Numbered from the stretch's first letter, positions 26,138-36,928 are shown. The stretch is DNA of 64,000 nucleotides from Desulfobacterales bacterium (GCA_024637225.1 JAGXFP010000061.1:1217-65216); one strand, 5' to 3'. Translations and numbers: made by a program. Notes: generated by a model from the letters alone, not told the origin.

Positions 26138-27412
26138 TTGAGCGTACAGGGACTTAAAGGCTTCAAGGACATACTTCCCGCCGAAGCCGCCACCTGGCAG
26201 CGGATCGAGGCCACCGCCCGCGCTCTCTTTCACCGCTATGGATTTACCGAAATCAGGGTGCCGATCCTCGAAAAAACCGAGCTGTTCGTCCGTTCCATCG
26301 GCGAGGCCACCGATATCGTCGAAAAGGAGATGTACACCTTCGAAGACCGCAACGGCGCCTCGATCACCATGCGGCCGGAAGGGACCGCCCCGGTACTGCG
26401 GGCCTTTATCCAGCACAACCTCCAACTTCTCCAGCCGATCCAGCGGCTCTATACGATCGGCCCGATGTTCCGCCACGAACGCCCCCAGAAAGGCAGGCTC
26501 CGCCAGTTCCACCAGATGAGCGTCGAGGTGCTGGGCACCGACCAGCCGATGGTCGATGCCGAACTGATGGCGATGGCCTGGCAGCTCCTCAGCGAACTCG
26601 GCCTGACGGTCAGCCTGGAGATCAACTCCCTGGGCTGCCCGGAATGCCGCCCCGCCTACAACCAGGCCCTGCTCGATTTTATCGGCGAACGGAACGAGAA
26701 GCTCTGCGAGGACTGCCAACGCCGCCGGACCACCAATCCGTTACGGGTCCTGGACTGCAAGAACGAAGCGTGCCGGGAACAGTACCAGGGGATCCCGGAA
26801 CTGCCCGATCACCTCTGCCCGGCCTGCGCCGCCCATTTCGAGGAAGTACGAGGCCTCCTCGCTCTCCTGGAGATTCCCTACCGGGTCAACCCCTTCATGG
26901 TCCGGGGCCTCGATTACTACACCCGGACCACCTTCGAACTGATTACCGCCGATCTCGGCGCCCAGAGCGCGGTCGGGGCGGGGGGCCGTTACGACGGCTT
27001 GGTCGGCCAGCTGGGCGGACCGAAAAAAATGCCGGGGATCGGTTTCGCCATCGGCATGGAGCGACTGGTCCTGCTCCTCGAACAGGCCGGGGCGGCCGAA
27101 GAGGAACCGGAGCCCGATCTCTTTATCGCCGCCCTGGGCGACGAGGCCCGGCAACAGGCCTTCCGGCTGATGCAGCTCTGCCGGCAAAGCGGCCTCAAAA
27201 CGGCGATGGACCCGGCCGGCCGCAGCCTGAAAAACCAGATGAAACAGGCCGGCAAGAGCCGGGCTCGCTTCACCTTCATTGTCGGCGAGGAGGAACTGGC
27301 CCAAAAAGCCGGGATTCTCCGCGATATGGCCAGCAAGGAGCAGCAGGAGATATCCCTGGCCGGGGAGCCCGCCGGCTGGCGTGACAGGATAGTACCGATA
27401 ATCATCCGATAA
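26138..27412 (+). CDS. hisS: Histidine--tRNA ligase
   Basis: 424 aa, TTG start. GFKDILP, class II motifs (FRHERPQKGRLRQFHQ, GGGRYDGL). Confidence 0.93.
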   Translation: MSVQGLKGFKDILPAEAATWQRIEATARALFHRYGFTEIRVPILEKTELFVRSIGEATDIVEKEMYTFEDRNGASITMRPEGTAPVLRAFIQHNLQLLQPIQRLYTIGPMFRHERPQKGRLRQFHQMSVEVLGTDQPMVDAELMAMAWQLLSELGLTVSLEINSLGCPECRPAYNQALLDFIGERNEKLCEDCQRRRTTNPLRVLDCKNEACREQYQGIPELPDHLCPACAAHFEEVRGLLALLEIPYRVNPFMVRGLDYYTRTTFELITADLGAQSAVGAGGRYDGLVGQLGGPKKMPGIGFAIGMERLVLLLEQAGAAEEEPEPDLFIAALGDEARQQAFRLMQLCRQSGLKTAMDPAGRSLKNQMKQAGKSRARFTFIVGEEELAQKAGILRDMASKEQQEISLAGEPAGWRDRIVPIIIR

Positions 27413-27480
27413 TTTTTTTTTTGAAGAACAACAGGTTGCTCCGATATTTTCGGCAACCGCACCCAGGAGAATAAATCCCG

Positions 27481-29394
27481 ATGGAATCAATGGGAGCACT
27501 GAAAAGAACCCATTTCTGCAACGATCTGGGCCAGGCCGAGGTCGGCGAGGAAGTGACCCTGATGGGCTGGGTCCTGCGACGCCGCGACCACGGCGGCGTA
27601 ATCTTTATCGACCTGCGCGACCGTTACGGCATCACCCAGGTGGTTTTTAACCCGGAGCTGAACAGCGAAGTCCACGCCAAGGCCCATGCCGTCAGAAGCG
27701 AATGGGTACTGGCGGTGAGGGGCAGCGTCGCGCCGCGGCCCGAGGGCATGGTCAACGCCAAGCTCAACACCGGCGAGATCGAGATCATGGTCGATGAGCT
27801 CCGCATCCTGAACAAGAGCAAGACCCCGCCCTTCCCCTTGGACGAAGATATCGAGGTCTCCGACAACCTGCGCCTGAAGTACCGCTACATCGACATGCGG
27901 CGGCCCCAGATGGCCGAGGCGCTGGTCATGCGCCACAAGGCCTGCCAGGCCATGCGCGCCTACTTGAACGAGGAGAATTTCCTGGAGGTCGAAACCCCGA
28001 TCCTGACCCGCTCCACCCCGGAAGGGGCGCGGGACTACCTGGTCCCGAGCCGGGTCAATCCGGGCCGTTTTTACGCCCTGCCCCAATCGCCCCAGCTCTT
28101 CAAGCAGCTCCTGATGATCGGCGGCATCGACCGCTACTACCAGATCGTCAGGTGCTTCCGCGACGAGGACCTCCGGGCCGACCGCCAGCCGGAATTTACC
28201 CAGATCGACATGGAGCTCTCCTTCATCGACGAGGAAGACATCTACCGGGTGGCCGAAGGCATGATCCGCCGGCTGTTCAAGGAAACCAAGGGCCTGGAAC
28301 TTACCACCCCCTTTAAGCGAATGCCCTATGACGAGGCGATGGAACGCTTCGGCACCGACCGGCCCGACGTCAGGTTCGGCCTGGAGCTCACCGACCTGAC
28401 CGGAATCGTCGAAAATTGCGGCTTCAAGGTCTTCCGCGCCGTGGTCGAGGGCGGCGGCATGGTTAAGAGCATCAACGCCAAGGGCTGCGCCACTTTCTCC
28501 CGGAAGGATCTCGACGACCTGACCGAGTACGCCGGCAACTTCGGGGCCAAGGGCCTCGCCTGGGTCAAGATCAAGGAGGACGGGGAATGGCAGTCGCCGA
28601 TCGCCAAGTTCTTCACCGACGAGGAGCGGGCCGAGATGGCCGCGGCGCTGGAGGCCGAAACAGGCGACCTGCTCTTCTTCGTCGCCGATAAACCGGCCGT
28701 GGTCCATAGCGCCCTGGCTGAATTGCGGCTCGAGCTGGCCCGCCGCCTGGCCCTGCTGGCGGAAGGCAGCTTCAATTTCGTGTGGATCACCGATTTTCCG
28801 CTGCTGGAGTACGACCAGGATGAAAAACGCCACCACGCCGTCCACCATCCCTTCACCTCGCCGGCGGAGGAGGATATGGCCCTGCTGGACAGCGATCCAG
28901 GCCGGATCAGAAGCCGCGCCTACGACCTGGTCCTGAACGGCACCGAAATCGGGGGCGGCAGCATCAGAATCCACCAGCAGGAAGTTCAGGAAAAGGTTTT
29001 CCAGGTTATGGGAATTTCCAAGGAAGAGGCCGCGGACAAATTCGATTTCCTCCTCCAGGCCCTGGAGCTCGGCGCCCCGCCCCACGGCGGCATCGCCTTC
29101 GGTCTGGACCGCTTGATGATGATCATCAGCGGCCGGGATTCGATCCGCGACGTCATCGCCTTCCCGAAAACCCAGAAGGCAAGCTGCCCGATGACCGATG
29201 CCCCGGCCCCGGTGGCCCGCAAACAGCTGACCGAACTCTCCCTGCGGCCGGACTGGCAGGAGACTTGCGAAAGAAAATCGGCGACGATCTCCCGGACCTG
29301 CGGGTCGGGATCCTCAGCCATCCCGGCAAGCAGGGTCCGGGCCTCGTCGGTGCCGATCAGGCCGAGGAGATTGCAGGCCTCGCCCCTGACATAA
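27481..29394 (+). CDS. aspS: Aspartate--tRNA ligase, with an unusual ~40-aa C-terminal extension
   Basis: Class IIb motifs ([34 protein letters not shown]). Conserved sequence ends near 29260, but the first in-frame stop is at 29394. Confidence 0.9.
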   Translation: MESMGALKRTHFCNDLGQAEVGEEVTLMGWVLRRRDHGGVIFIDLRDRYGITQVVFNPELNSEVHAKAHAVRSEWVLAVRGSVAPRPEGMVNAKLNTGEIEIMVDELRILNKSKTPPFPLDEDIEVSDNLRLKYRYIDMRRPQMAEALVMRHKACQAMRAYLNEENFLEVETPILTRSTPEGARDYLVPSRVNPGRFYALPQSPQLFKQLLMIGGIDRYYQIVRCFRDEDLRADRQPEFTQIDMELSFIDEEDIYRVAEGMIRRLFKETKGLELTTPFKRMPYDEAMERFGTDRPDVRFGLELTDLTGIVENCGFKVFRAVVEGGGMVKSINAKGCATFSRKDLDDLTEYAGNFGAKGLAWVKIKEDGEWQSPIAKFFTDEERAEMAAALEAETGDLLFFVADKPAVVHSALAELRLELARRLALLAEGSFNFVWITDFPLLEYDQDEKRHHAVHHPFTSPAEEDMALLDSDPGRIRSRAYDLVLNGTEIGGGSIRIHQQEVQEKVFQVMGISKEEAADKFDFLLQALELGAPPHGGIAFGLDRLMMIISGRDSIRDVIAFPKTQKASCPMTDAPAPVARKQLTELSLRPDWQETCERKSATISRTCGSGSSAIPASRVRASSVPIRPRRLQASPLT

Positions 29395-29648
29395 GCGGTT
29401 TCATCGGCGAGGAGGGGTTCCAGGGCCGGCACGGCCCGGGCGGTCTCGTCAGGCCGGGCCGCCGCCAGTTCTTCATAAAGGACCGCCACCCCCATGCGGA
29501 CCATGAATCTTTCGTCCCGAAGGAGTTCGCAGGTGAGCTGGTGCAGGCCTGGATCCTTCTTGTACATGGCGACGATATTTTCGGCCAATCCCTTCTCCAG
29601 AAAATCGCTGATTACGGCCAACATTTCCTTGTCGGTAAATTCGGTCAT
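28986..29648 (-). CDS. HEAT-repeat protein (3' end uncertain)
   Basis: HEAT-like repeats ([32 protein letters not shown]). The first in-frame stop is only at 28986, inside aspS. Confidence 0.6.
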   Translation of the reverse strand: MTEFTDKEMLAVISDFLEKGLAENIVAMYKKDPGLHQLTCELLRDERFMVRMGVAVLYEELAAARPDETARAVPALEPLLADETAYVRGEACNLLGLIGTDEARTLLAGMAEDPDPQVREIVADFLSQVSCQSGRRESSVSCLRATGAGASVIGQLAFWVFGKAMTSRIESRPLMIIIKRSRPKAMPPWGGAPSSRAWRRKSNLSAASSLEIPITWKTFS

Positions 29649-29806
29649 TTTTTTTACTCATTTGGATTATAAACAGGATCTTCTCTTTGCCAAAACAGGC
29701 TAAGTTGCCAAATGACGGCTCATCATCACCATAATGCCATCAACTTACCGGCTTCGGCCAACTTTGCAACCATGGCAACAATAAACACAGCGCCGGAGTG
29801 GAACCC

Positions 29807-30349
29807 ATGAACAATTCGACCTCTTTCGACCCCCGCAACGATCACGCGGCCCGGGAGATCCGCAACCGACTGGCCGAGACCTTGGTGAAATGCCTGGATC
29901 CCGGCTTTGATCTCGGCCCTGTCGCCGATCTGGCCGAGCAACTGTTGCTCAAACATCCTCTAGAGGTCTACGCGGACTACATCAGGGACCGGCAACATCG
30001 GTACGCGGCTGCAAAATCAACGATCTACACCGGGAAGATCAGCGACCCTTTCCAGCAGGCTCTGGTCCTCTGGGACCATGAACTTTTCTTCGAAACCCAT
30101 GCGGCTCTGGAACCCCTCTGGAAAGAGGCGTCCGGCACCAGAAAACTGATCATCCAGGCCATGATCAGGGCGGCCGGCTACTACCTTCACCTGGCAGAAT
30201 CCAATCAGGCAGGAGCGGAAAACATGGCGTCCCGGGCCACCGCTATTCTCCATGAATACCGGGACGAGGTGCCCTATTTCCCCGGCCTGGACCGCTTGAT
30301 TATATCCCTCGATCATCGGGCGGCCATCCCGCCAAAGCTTTTAGAGTGA
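29807..30349 (+). CDS. DUF309-domain protein
   Basis: LWDHELFFETHAALEPLWKE...IQAMIRAAGYYLHL pattern. The ATG at 29807 has GGAG 5 nt upstream. Confidence 0.7.
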   Translation: MNNSTSFDPRNDHAAREIRNRLAETLVKCLDPGFDLGPVADLAEQLLLKHPLEVYADYIRDRQHRYAAAKSTIYTGKISDPFQQALVLWDHELFFETHAALEPLWKEASGTRKLIIQAMIRAAGYYLHLAESNQAGAENMASRATAILHEYRDEVPYFPGLDRLIISLDHRAAIPPKLLE

Positions 30350-30364
30350 GGCCCGGCCGGAGGG

Positions 30365-30722
30365 AAAGGACTTCAGCATGCTGCAATGACGAGACAATTT
30401 GCAGCAACGCGGGAGCTGGCGACTTATTGCGACGCCATCACTCTTCGATGGAGATGGCTAAGCAAAAATCGTCAGATCCAAGGCGCGCGAATTTCGAGGA
30501 ATGAAGCGTACTTCAGTACGCTGCAATGACGAGATAATTTGCAGCAACGCCGGAGCTCGCGACTTTTTGCGACGCCAATCAGTTCGATGGGGGATGGCTA
30601 AGCTAAAATCGTCAGAACCAAGGCGCGCGAATTTCGAGGAATGATGCGTACTTCAGTACGCTGTAATGACGAGACAATTCGCAGCAACGCCGGAGCTGGC
30701 GATTTTTGCGACGCCATCACAA
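30365..30722. repeat. 140-bp tandem repeat array (one partial plus two full units)
   Basis: gatggctaagc... starts at 30453 and 30593, giving a 140-bp period. A partial unit lies at 30371-30440. The units contain the hairpins GCGTAC-ttca-GTACGC and CTGCAA-n12-TTGCAG. Confidence 0.9.
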
Positions 30723-30815
30723 TTGACTTGCCCGGTAAGGATAGATAAGATAACTTTTATGTGAAGAACAGTAACATTTTCTAATGATTGATAAATTAAT
30801 GAAAGGAGATTAATA

Positions 30816-31142
30816 ATGGCTGTTGATAATCTGAAACAATTGACCGACGCCGATTTCGACGCAACCATCGCTTCCGATACCCCCTGTCTAGTAGACTTCT
30901 GGGCCCCCTGGTGCGGACCCTGCAAGGCAATAGGCCCCGTGGTCGAAGAGCTGTCGACCGAGTATGCAGGCAAAGCGACTATCGCCAAGATGAACGTGGA
31001 CGACAACCCGGCAACCCCCGGAAAATTCGGGATTCGCGCCATTCCCACCTTGATCCTTTTCAAAAACGGCGAAGTAGTCGATCAGGTTACCGGCGCCGTC
31101 GGCAAATCCCAGCTGGTTGCCATGCTCGACAAGGCAATCTAG
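30816..31142 (+). CDS. trxA: Thioredoxin
   Basis: 108 aa, WAPWCGPCK. Confidence 0.95.
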   Translation: MAVDNLKQLTDADFDATIASDTPCLVDFWAPWCGPCKAIGPVVEELSTEYAGKATIAKMNVDDNPATPGKFGIRAIPTLILFKNGEVVDQVTGAVGKSQLVAMLDKAI

Positions 31143-31311
31143 TGCCGGCCCAGAAATGATCTTTTTGCCCAATATCTTCGTCGCTGCAGAGTCGGAAAGT
31201 GCTCACGGACCCAAGTACGCTGCGCTTTTCCGACATCCTTGCTTCTCGTTCTCGGACAAAAATCCTCATTCCTGGACTGACACAATTTAGCTGGAGATCT
31301 GCAGTTTAACC

Positions 31312-31352
31312 AAGCCTTACCGGCCGATCTTCGGTGCGGAGGGCTTTTTTTT
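31312..31352 (+). terminator. Possible terminator or attenuator between trxA and trxB
   Basis: Imperfect hairpin gccttaccggccga/tcggtgcggagggc followed by a T8 run. Confidence 0.35.
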
Positions 31353-31367
31353 ATTTCGAGAGTTACG

Positions 31368-32294
31368 ATGGCTGATTATCAGTTGATCATTGTAGGCGGC
31401 GGGCCGGCCGGTTTAACCGCCGGCCTCTATGCGGCCCGGGCCCGCCTTAAAACCGTGCTTCTTGAGAAAGGTGCCCCGGGCGGCCAAGTGATGAACACCG
31501 ACTGGATTGATAATTACCCCGGCTTTCCCGAAGGCATTTCCGGCTTCGATCTGGCTGAGAAAATGTTCGCCCAGGCCGCCCGTTTCGATCTCGAAACCAG
31601 GAAGAACAGTGAAGTGGTCTCCATGGACCTGCAAGGTTCCGAAAAGAAAATCGTCCTGGCCGACAATACCGTCCTGACCAGCCAGGCGGTTATTCTGGCG
31701 CCCGGGGCCAGGCCGAACAAGCTCGACGTTCCCGGCGAAACAGAGTTCGCCGGCAAGGGGGTTTCCTATTGCGCCACCTGCGACGGTCCCTTTTTCCTGA
31801 AAACCGAGATTGCGGTGGTCGGCGGCGGCAATACCGCAATCCAGGAGGCCGTCTACCTGACCAAATTCGCCGACAAAGTCACGGTCATCCACCGGCGTGA
31901 CGAGTTACGGGCCACCAAAGTCGTGCAGGAAATGGCCTTCGCCAACCCCAAGATCGAGTTTGCCTGGAACTCAACCGTCTCCAGGATAGAAGGCGGAGCC
32001 CAGGGGGTGGAAAGCTTAACCCTGCTCAACAGTGACGGCCGGGAATCAAAACTGCCGGTCCATGGCGTCTTCGTCCTGATCGGCACCATTCCCAACAACG
32101 AGATGCTGCCTGCCGATCAGCTTGAAATGCCGGAAGGCTTCGTCAAGACGGATCTGGAGATGCGGACCAACCTGCCCGGGGTGATGGCGGCGGGGGATAT
32201 CATCAATAAAAGGATCAGACAGGTGATCAACGGTGCCGGCGAAGGGGCGGTGGCCGCCATGTCGGTGGAACACTATCTTGCCGGACTGGACTGA
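31368..32294 (+). CDS. trxB: Thioredoxin-disulfide reductase
   Basis: 308 aa. GGGPAG FAD motif, redox CATCDG, GGGNTA NADPH motif. Confidence 0.93.
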   Translation: MADYQLIIVGGGPAGLTAGLYAARARLKTVLLEKGAPGGQVMNTDWIDNYPGFPEGISGFDLAEKMFAQAARFDLETRKNSEVVSMDLQGSEKKIVLADNTVLTSQAVILAPGARPNKLDVPGETEFAGKGVSYCATCDGPFFLKTEIAVVGGGNTAIQEAVYLTKFADKVTVIHRRDELRATKVVQEMAFANPKIEFAWNSTVSRIEGGAQGVESLTLLNSDGRESKLPVHGVFVLIGTIPNNEMLPADQLEMPEGFVKTDLEMRTNLPGVMAAGDIINKRIRQVINGAGEGAVAAMSVEHYLAGLD

Positions 32295-32526
32295 AAGGAT
32301 TATCGTTAGTAAATGAGCCTTCGAGCACGGGTGGGACAGTGAGGAGGTGACGACGTTGATCCATCCTGATAGAAAATCAACCCGTTACCAGCAAAACAGA
32401 TGGCCCGCCAGCAAACGACTTTCAAGGGAGATGGGGGCGCTTTCCCCACCCATCACGCCGGAACCAAACCAGCAATTACAGGCCGATAAGGTAAACGCCC
32501 AAATAGCCTGCACGGATTCAAGGATC

Positions 32527-33207
32527 ATGACTAAAACATACAAACCAATGGCCGCCCGGATTTTATCTATCCTGCTCACCCTGTTCCTCATAAGCGGCTG
32601 CGGCGGTCTCAGCCTTAAGGACCGGGATGAGATGTCGGCCGAGGAGCTGGCCAAGAGAGGTCTCGAACAGTTCGATAAGGGCAAGTACTTCCTGGCGGTT
32701 GAAACATTCGACATCATCAAGGAGCGCTTCCCCTTCAGCCGCTTTTCTCTCCTGGCCGAGCTTAAATCAGCCGACAGCAAGTTCTATATGGGCGACTACG
32801 GCGAGGCCCTGGAATTATACAAATCCTTCGAAACCAACCACCCGACCAACGAGGCGGTCCCCTATGTGATTTTCCAGATCGGCCGGAGCCATTACCGGAC
32901 CATGGATACCATTGACCGGGACACCACCGGCGCCCACCAGTCGATCCAGGCCTTCTCGAGGCTGCTCCGGACCTTTCCGGACTCACCCTACACCGCCGAG
33001 GCCAGGGCCCTTATCCAGAAGGCCAATCACTTCCTGGCCGAACATGAGCTCTATGTGGCCAATTTTTATATGCGGACCGATAAGTTTGATCAGGCCAGAG
33101 GCAGGGTGGAATATCTATTGAACAACTTCCCCGACTCGCCGGCGGCGGCCAAGGCCGAGGAGATAGTCGAAGAACTCGAAGAGTCGGGATATGGCTTCGA
33201 TGGGTAA
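32527..33207 (+). CDS. bamD: Outer membrane protein assembly factor BamD (TPR lipoprotein)
   Basis: Lipobox LISGC after the ATG at 32527. YfiO-like TPR pattern (YFLAVETFD..., YVANFYMRTDKFDQA). Confidence 0.8.
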   Translation: MTKTYKPMAARILSILLTLFLISGCGGLSLKDRDEMSAEELAKRGLEQFDKGKYFLAVETFDIIKERFPFSRFSLLAELKSADSKFYMGDYGEALELYKSFETNHPTNEAVPYVIFQIGRSHYRTMDTIDRDTTGAHQSIQAFSRLLRTFPDSPYTAEARALIQKANHFLAEHELYVANFYMRTDKFDQARGRVEYLLNNFPDSPAAAKAEEIVEELEESGYGFDG

Positions 33208-33222
33208 AAGCGACGCTCGGCG

Positions 33223-33774
33223 CTACTTGCTGTTCTTCTTGCGAAATTTCTTGTCGTAGCGTTCCTGTTCACTGTAGATGCAGCCGCAATAGGGCTGCCG
33301 GTAAATCCCCAACTCCACCGCCAGATCGATCCCCTCCTGCCAGCCTTCCCGGAAGTCCCGGTAATAAAAGGCGATACCATAGTCCGCCGCCAGCTGTTCG
33401 GCCAGCTTCCTGATCGTCTCATGCTGCTGGTAGCGGCTGTAGAGCAGGGTGGTGGAAAACGCATCGACCCCGAGCTCCTTGGCCTTCCGGACCGTCTCCA
33501 CCAGCCGCATCTCGTAACAGAGCAGGCAGCGGCGCTCCTCGTTATGGACGACCCGTCGCAGATACTCCTTGAGTCCATACTCCCGCTGATAATCGACCAC
33601 GACATGTTCCCGGCGGCAGAGCTCCTCCAGGGCCTCGATCCTTCTTTTGAATTCCCTGAAGGGATGGATGTTGGGGTTATAAAAATATCCGCGGACCTGG
33701 TGGCCTTCCTCCCGCAAGATCCGCAGGGGATAGGTGGTACAGGGCCCGCAACAGACATGGAGCAGAATATTCAT
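33223..33774 (-). CDS. queH: Epoxyqueuosine reductase QueH (DUF208)
   Basis: MNILLHVCCGPC... and C-terminal YRQPYCGC motifs. Confidence 0.85.
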   Translation of the reverse strand: MNILLHVCCGPCTTYPLRILREEGHQVRGYFYNPNIHPFREFKRRIEALEELCRREHVVVDYQREYGLKEYLRRVVHNEERRCLLCYEMRLVETVRKAKELGVDAFSTTLLYSRYQQHETIRKLAEQLAADYGIAFYYRDFREGWQEGIDLAVELGIYRQPYCGCIYSEQERYDKKFRKKNSK

Positions 33775-34052
33775 GGTTCTCCCTTAATTCTTCGATTAAT
33801 TCGTCAAAAGCCGAAAAGCCTTCCCTCGACAGGCTTCACCGCTGGTCTATTGATTATTACGTACCTTGCCGCAACTTTCAAGGTGTGAACTCTGCCTCCC
33901 TCTCTAAAGCGAAATCCCGCTCCGGGAATCCCGCCTTAATCGCCGTCAAGGCCCTGGTTACCGGTAATTTTATCTGTTGTTTCCATTCCCGGCAGAGTAG
34001 GATGGACCCCATTGCCCACCCGATTAATCTCGGCCACCCGCAAAAGGACTCC

Positions 34053-34664
34053 ATGAAAAACCTCCAGGATATCATCTGCCAGATCAAAAAACTCGAGAAG
34101 GAACTCTACGAGGAACTCCAGAGAAAGCAGGAAGATTTCTACTATAACATCCAGGGGAGAAAGGTCCGCTTCGAAGCGGCGGCCCGCCGTCGTCACAAGG
34201 CCCTGATGACCCATGTTCCCATCTACCTGATCCACGCCGGGTTCCGCAACATTCTGACCATCCCTTTTATCTGGATTTGCTTGCCGCCGGCCCTGCTCAT
34301 GGACCTTAGTGTCTCGATCTTCCAGAGGGTCTGTTTTCCGATCTACGAAATCCTCCGGGTGCGGCGAAGTGATTATATCGTCATCGACCGCCACTCCCTC
34401 GCCTATCTGAACCTGATCGAGAAAGTTAACTGCGTCTACTGCGGTTATTTCAACTGCCTGCTCGCCTACGTGCGGGAAATCGCGGCCCGGACCGAGCAGT
34501 ACTGGTGTCCGATCAAGCACGCCCGGCGGGTGGCCAACCTCCACTCCCGCTACAAATATTATCTGGAATACGGCGACGCGGAGGGTTATAAAAATGATTT
34601 TCGGGAGATAAGAAGCGCCGGTTTCCAGGACTTAAAGGAAAAAGAGACCAATGCACAGCCGTAA
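34053..34664 (+). CDS. Hypothetical membrane protein with a Cys-rich C-terminal region
   Basis: The ORF track starts at 33885. The ATG at 34053 has AAGGA upstream. One hydrophobic hairpin. CVYCGYFNC...YWCP motif. No family recognised. Confidence 0.5.
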   Translation: MKNLQDIICQIKKLEKELYEELQRKQEDFYYNIQGRKVRFEAAARRRHKALMTHVPIYLIHAGFRNILTIPFIWICLPPALLMDLSVSIFQRVCFPIYEILRVRRSDYIVIDRHSLAYLNLIEKVNCVYCGYFNCLLAYVREIAARTEQYWCPIKHARRVANLHSRYKYYLEYGDAEGYKNDFREIRSAGFQDLKEKETNAQP

Positions 34665-35919
34665 AGTAATCGTGATCGGCGGCGGCGCGGCCGGACTGAT
34701 GGCGGCCGGCCAGGCGGCCCGGGCCGGAGCCGAAACCCTGCTACTCGAAAAAATGCCGCAGCCGGGCCGCAAGATCCGCATTACCGGCAAGGGCCGCTGC
34801 AATATCACCAATACCTCCGAACTACCCGAGTTTATCCGCCATTTCGGACAAAGCGGACGCTTTCTCCATCAGGCCTTCGCCCGCTTTTTTAACCTTGACC
34901 TGATCGACTTTTTCGAAACTCTCGGCCTGGACCTGGTCACCGAGAGGGGCGGCCGGGTTTTTCCCGCCGGCGGCAAGGCCCCGGAGGTACTGGCCGTTCT
35001 CCTGGAATGGGTGCGGAAAAGCGGGGTGGAGATCAGAACCGCGGCGCCGGTCGAGGAATTGTTGATCCAAGAGGGCCGCGTCACCGGCGTCGTCTGCGGC
35101 AACGGGAAAATCGAGGCTGCCGCGGTGATTCTCGCCACCGGCGGCGCCTCCTATCCCCTTACCGGCTCCACCGGAGACGGCTACCGGTTGGCCGCCGCGG
35201 CCGGGCATCGGATCGTGCCGATCCGGCCCGCCCTGGTCCCGCTGATTACGGCCGGCAAGATAGCCGAACGGCTGTGCGATCTCAATCTGCGGAACGTCAA
35301 GGTGCGGATGCTTGTCGACAACAAGAAACAGCAGGAAGCCTTCGGGGAACTGGTTTTCAGCGATTTCGGACTCAGCGGTCCGGTCATCCTGACCCTGAGC
35401 GGCAGCGCGGTCGATGCCCTGCAAAAGGGCCGGAAGGTTACCATCTCAATCGATCTTAAGCCGGCCCTCGACGAAAACAAGCTAGAAGCCCGGCTGCTCC
35501 GCGATTTCGCCAGTCGTGGTAAGGAGGAGTTCGCCGTTTTCCTGAGGGGTTTATTGCCCCGGGAGATGGTGCCGGTCTGTCTTGAGCAGACTGGAATCCC
35601 CGCCGAACGTAAAGTGCATTCGGTCAGCGCCAAAGAGCGGCGGAGCCTGAAGGTCTGGCTCAAGGATTTTCGCCTGGAGGTCATCGGCTACCGGCCCCTC
35701 ACCGAAGCAATCGTCACCGCCGGCGGTGTCGATACCGCCGAGGTCGATCCCCGCACCATGGAATCCCGCCTGACCGGAAAACTCTTTCTGGCCGGCGAAG
35801 TTCTCGATATCCAGGGAGACACCGGCGGCTACAACCTCCAGGCCGCCTTCTCGACCGGCTGGCTGGCCGGCCGCGCCGCCGCCGGTTCCGTGGCAGGGAT
35901 TGCCTCTCCTGATGGTTAA
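34651..35919 (+). CDS. NAD(P)/FAD-dependent oxidoreductase, HI0933/YhiN (BaiN-like) family
   Basis: VIVIGGGAAGLMAA dinucleotide motif, ...ITGKGRCNITN..., 422 aa. Confidence 0.85.
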   Translation: MHSRKVIVIGGGAAGLMAAGQAARAGAETLLLEKMPQPGRKIRITGKGRCNITNTSELPEFIRHFGQSGRFLHQAFARFFNLDLIDFFETLGLDLVTERGGRVFPAGGKAPEVLAVLLEWVRKSGVEIRTAAPVEELLIQEGRVTGVVCGNGKIEAAAVILATGGASYPLTGSTGDGYRLAAAAGHRIVPIRPALVPLITAGKIAERLCDLNLRNVKVRMLVDNKKQQEAFGELVFSDFGLSGPVILTLSGSAVDALQKGRKVTISIDLKPALDENKLEARLLRDFASRGKEEFAVFLRGLLPREMVPVCLEQTGIPAERKVHSVSAKERRSLKVWLKDFRLEVIGYRPLTEAIVTAGGVDTAEVDPRTMESRLTGKLFLAGEVLDIQGDTGGYNLQAAFSTGWLAGRAAAGSVAGIASPDG

Positions 35920-35975
35920 TCGGAACCGGCAAGGATCATCGGTAAAAGTTGCCGGAGCCCGGTCAAATAAAACGA

Positions 35976-36665
35976 CTATCTACTAGCGTTGCCGCCCGGT
36001 TTAAGGTTCGGGACCTTGCGGGGCATCACCCCTATTTTCGGGCAGCGCTCCCTCAGCACGCAGCGGTCGCAATGAGGGTACCGGGGCTTGCAGGTGCCCT
36101 GGCCGAAGGCGACCAGGATCGAGTTGACCTTCAGCCAGTATTTTTGGGGCAGTTTCCGGCGCAGGGCCGTTTCGGTGGCCGTGGGATTGGCGGTTTTCAC
36201 ATAGCCCCAGATGTTCATGATCCGGTGGACGTGGGTGTCGACACAGATCGCCGGTTTTTTGAAGGCCACCGCCACCACCAGGTTGGCGGTTTTGCGGCCC
36301 ACCCCCGGCAGTCGACAGAGCTCCTCCACCGTCTCGGGAATCCGGCCGCTGAAATCCCGCTTTAATACTCCGGGCAGGTCAGCCAGATAAGCAGCCTTGT
36401 TTCTGAAAAAACCCACCGGCCGGATCAACTCCTCGATCCGTTCCCGGCCCAAACGGGCCAGCGCGGCCGGATCGGGCGCCTCCCCGAACAAACGGGTGGC
36501 GGCCTTGGCGGTCACCTCGTCACGGGTCCTGGCCGAGAGGATGGTCGCCGTCAGGATCCGGTAGGGATCGTTGGTTTGGACGGCGATCAGATCGACCACC
36601 GGCACCCGGTAGTGCCCGACCTCTTTCTCCAGGACCGTAAGGAAGTAATCTATATCGATGGCCAT
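35976..36665 (-). CDS. nth: Endonuclease III
   Basis: HhH-GPD LPGVGRKTANLV. [4Fe-4S] motif C-x6-C-x2-C-x5-C (CKPRYPHCDRCVLRERC). I prefer the ATG at 36665. Confidence 0.9.
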   Translation of the reverse strand: MAIDIDYFLTVLEKEVGHYRVPVVDLIAVQTNDPYRILTATILSARTRDEVTAKAATRLFGEAPDPAALARLGRERIEELIRPVGFFRNKAAYLADLPGVLKRDFSGRIPETVEELCRLPGVGRKTANLVVAVAFKKPAICVDTHVHRIMNIWGYVKTANPTATETALRRKLPQKYWLKVNSILVAFGQGTCKPRYPHCDRCVLRERCPKIGVMPRKVPNLKPGGNASR

Positions 36666-36928
36666 TCTGCCTGCCCTGGTAATTTTGCGCTTGAGTTTAT
36701 TGATGGAGCGCACTTCGACAACCCGCATGGCCCCGGAATTTTTTTCTCCATGAGGATACCGGCAAAACTCCGGCCCGGCAAGCCCTGCCGGGGCCGGTCT
36801 TTCGGAAGCGGTTGCCGGCGGTTGCGTTTAAAACCCGGTAAATTCTGGCGATAAGTGTTTTCTCTGTTATATTGCTTGACCAGTCGCATCTCTCTTGAAA
36901 ATTTCTGGTTCCCGAACGGAGGAAAAAA

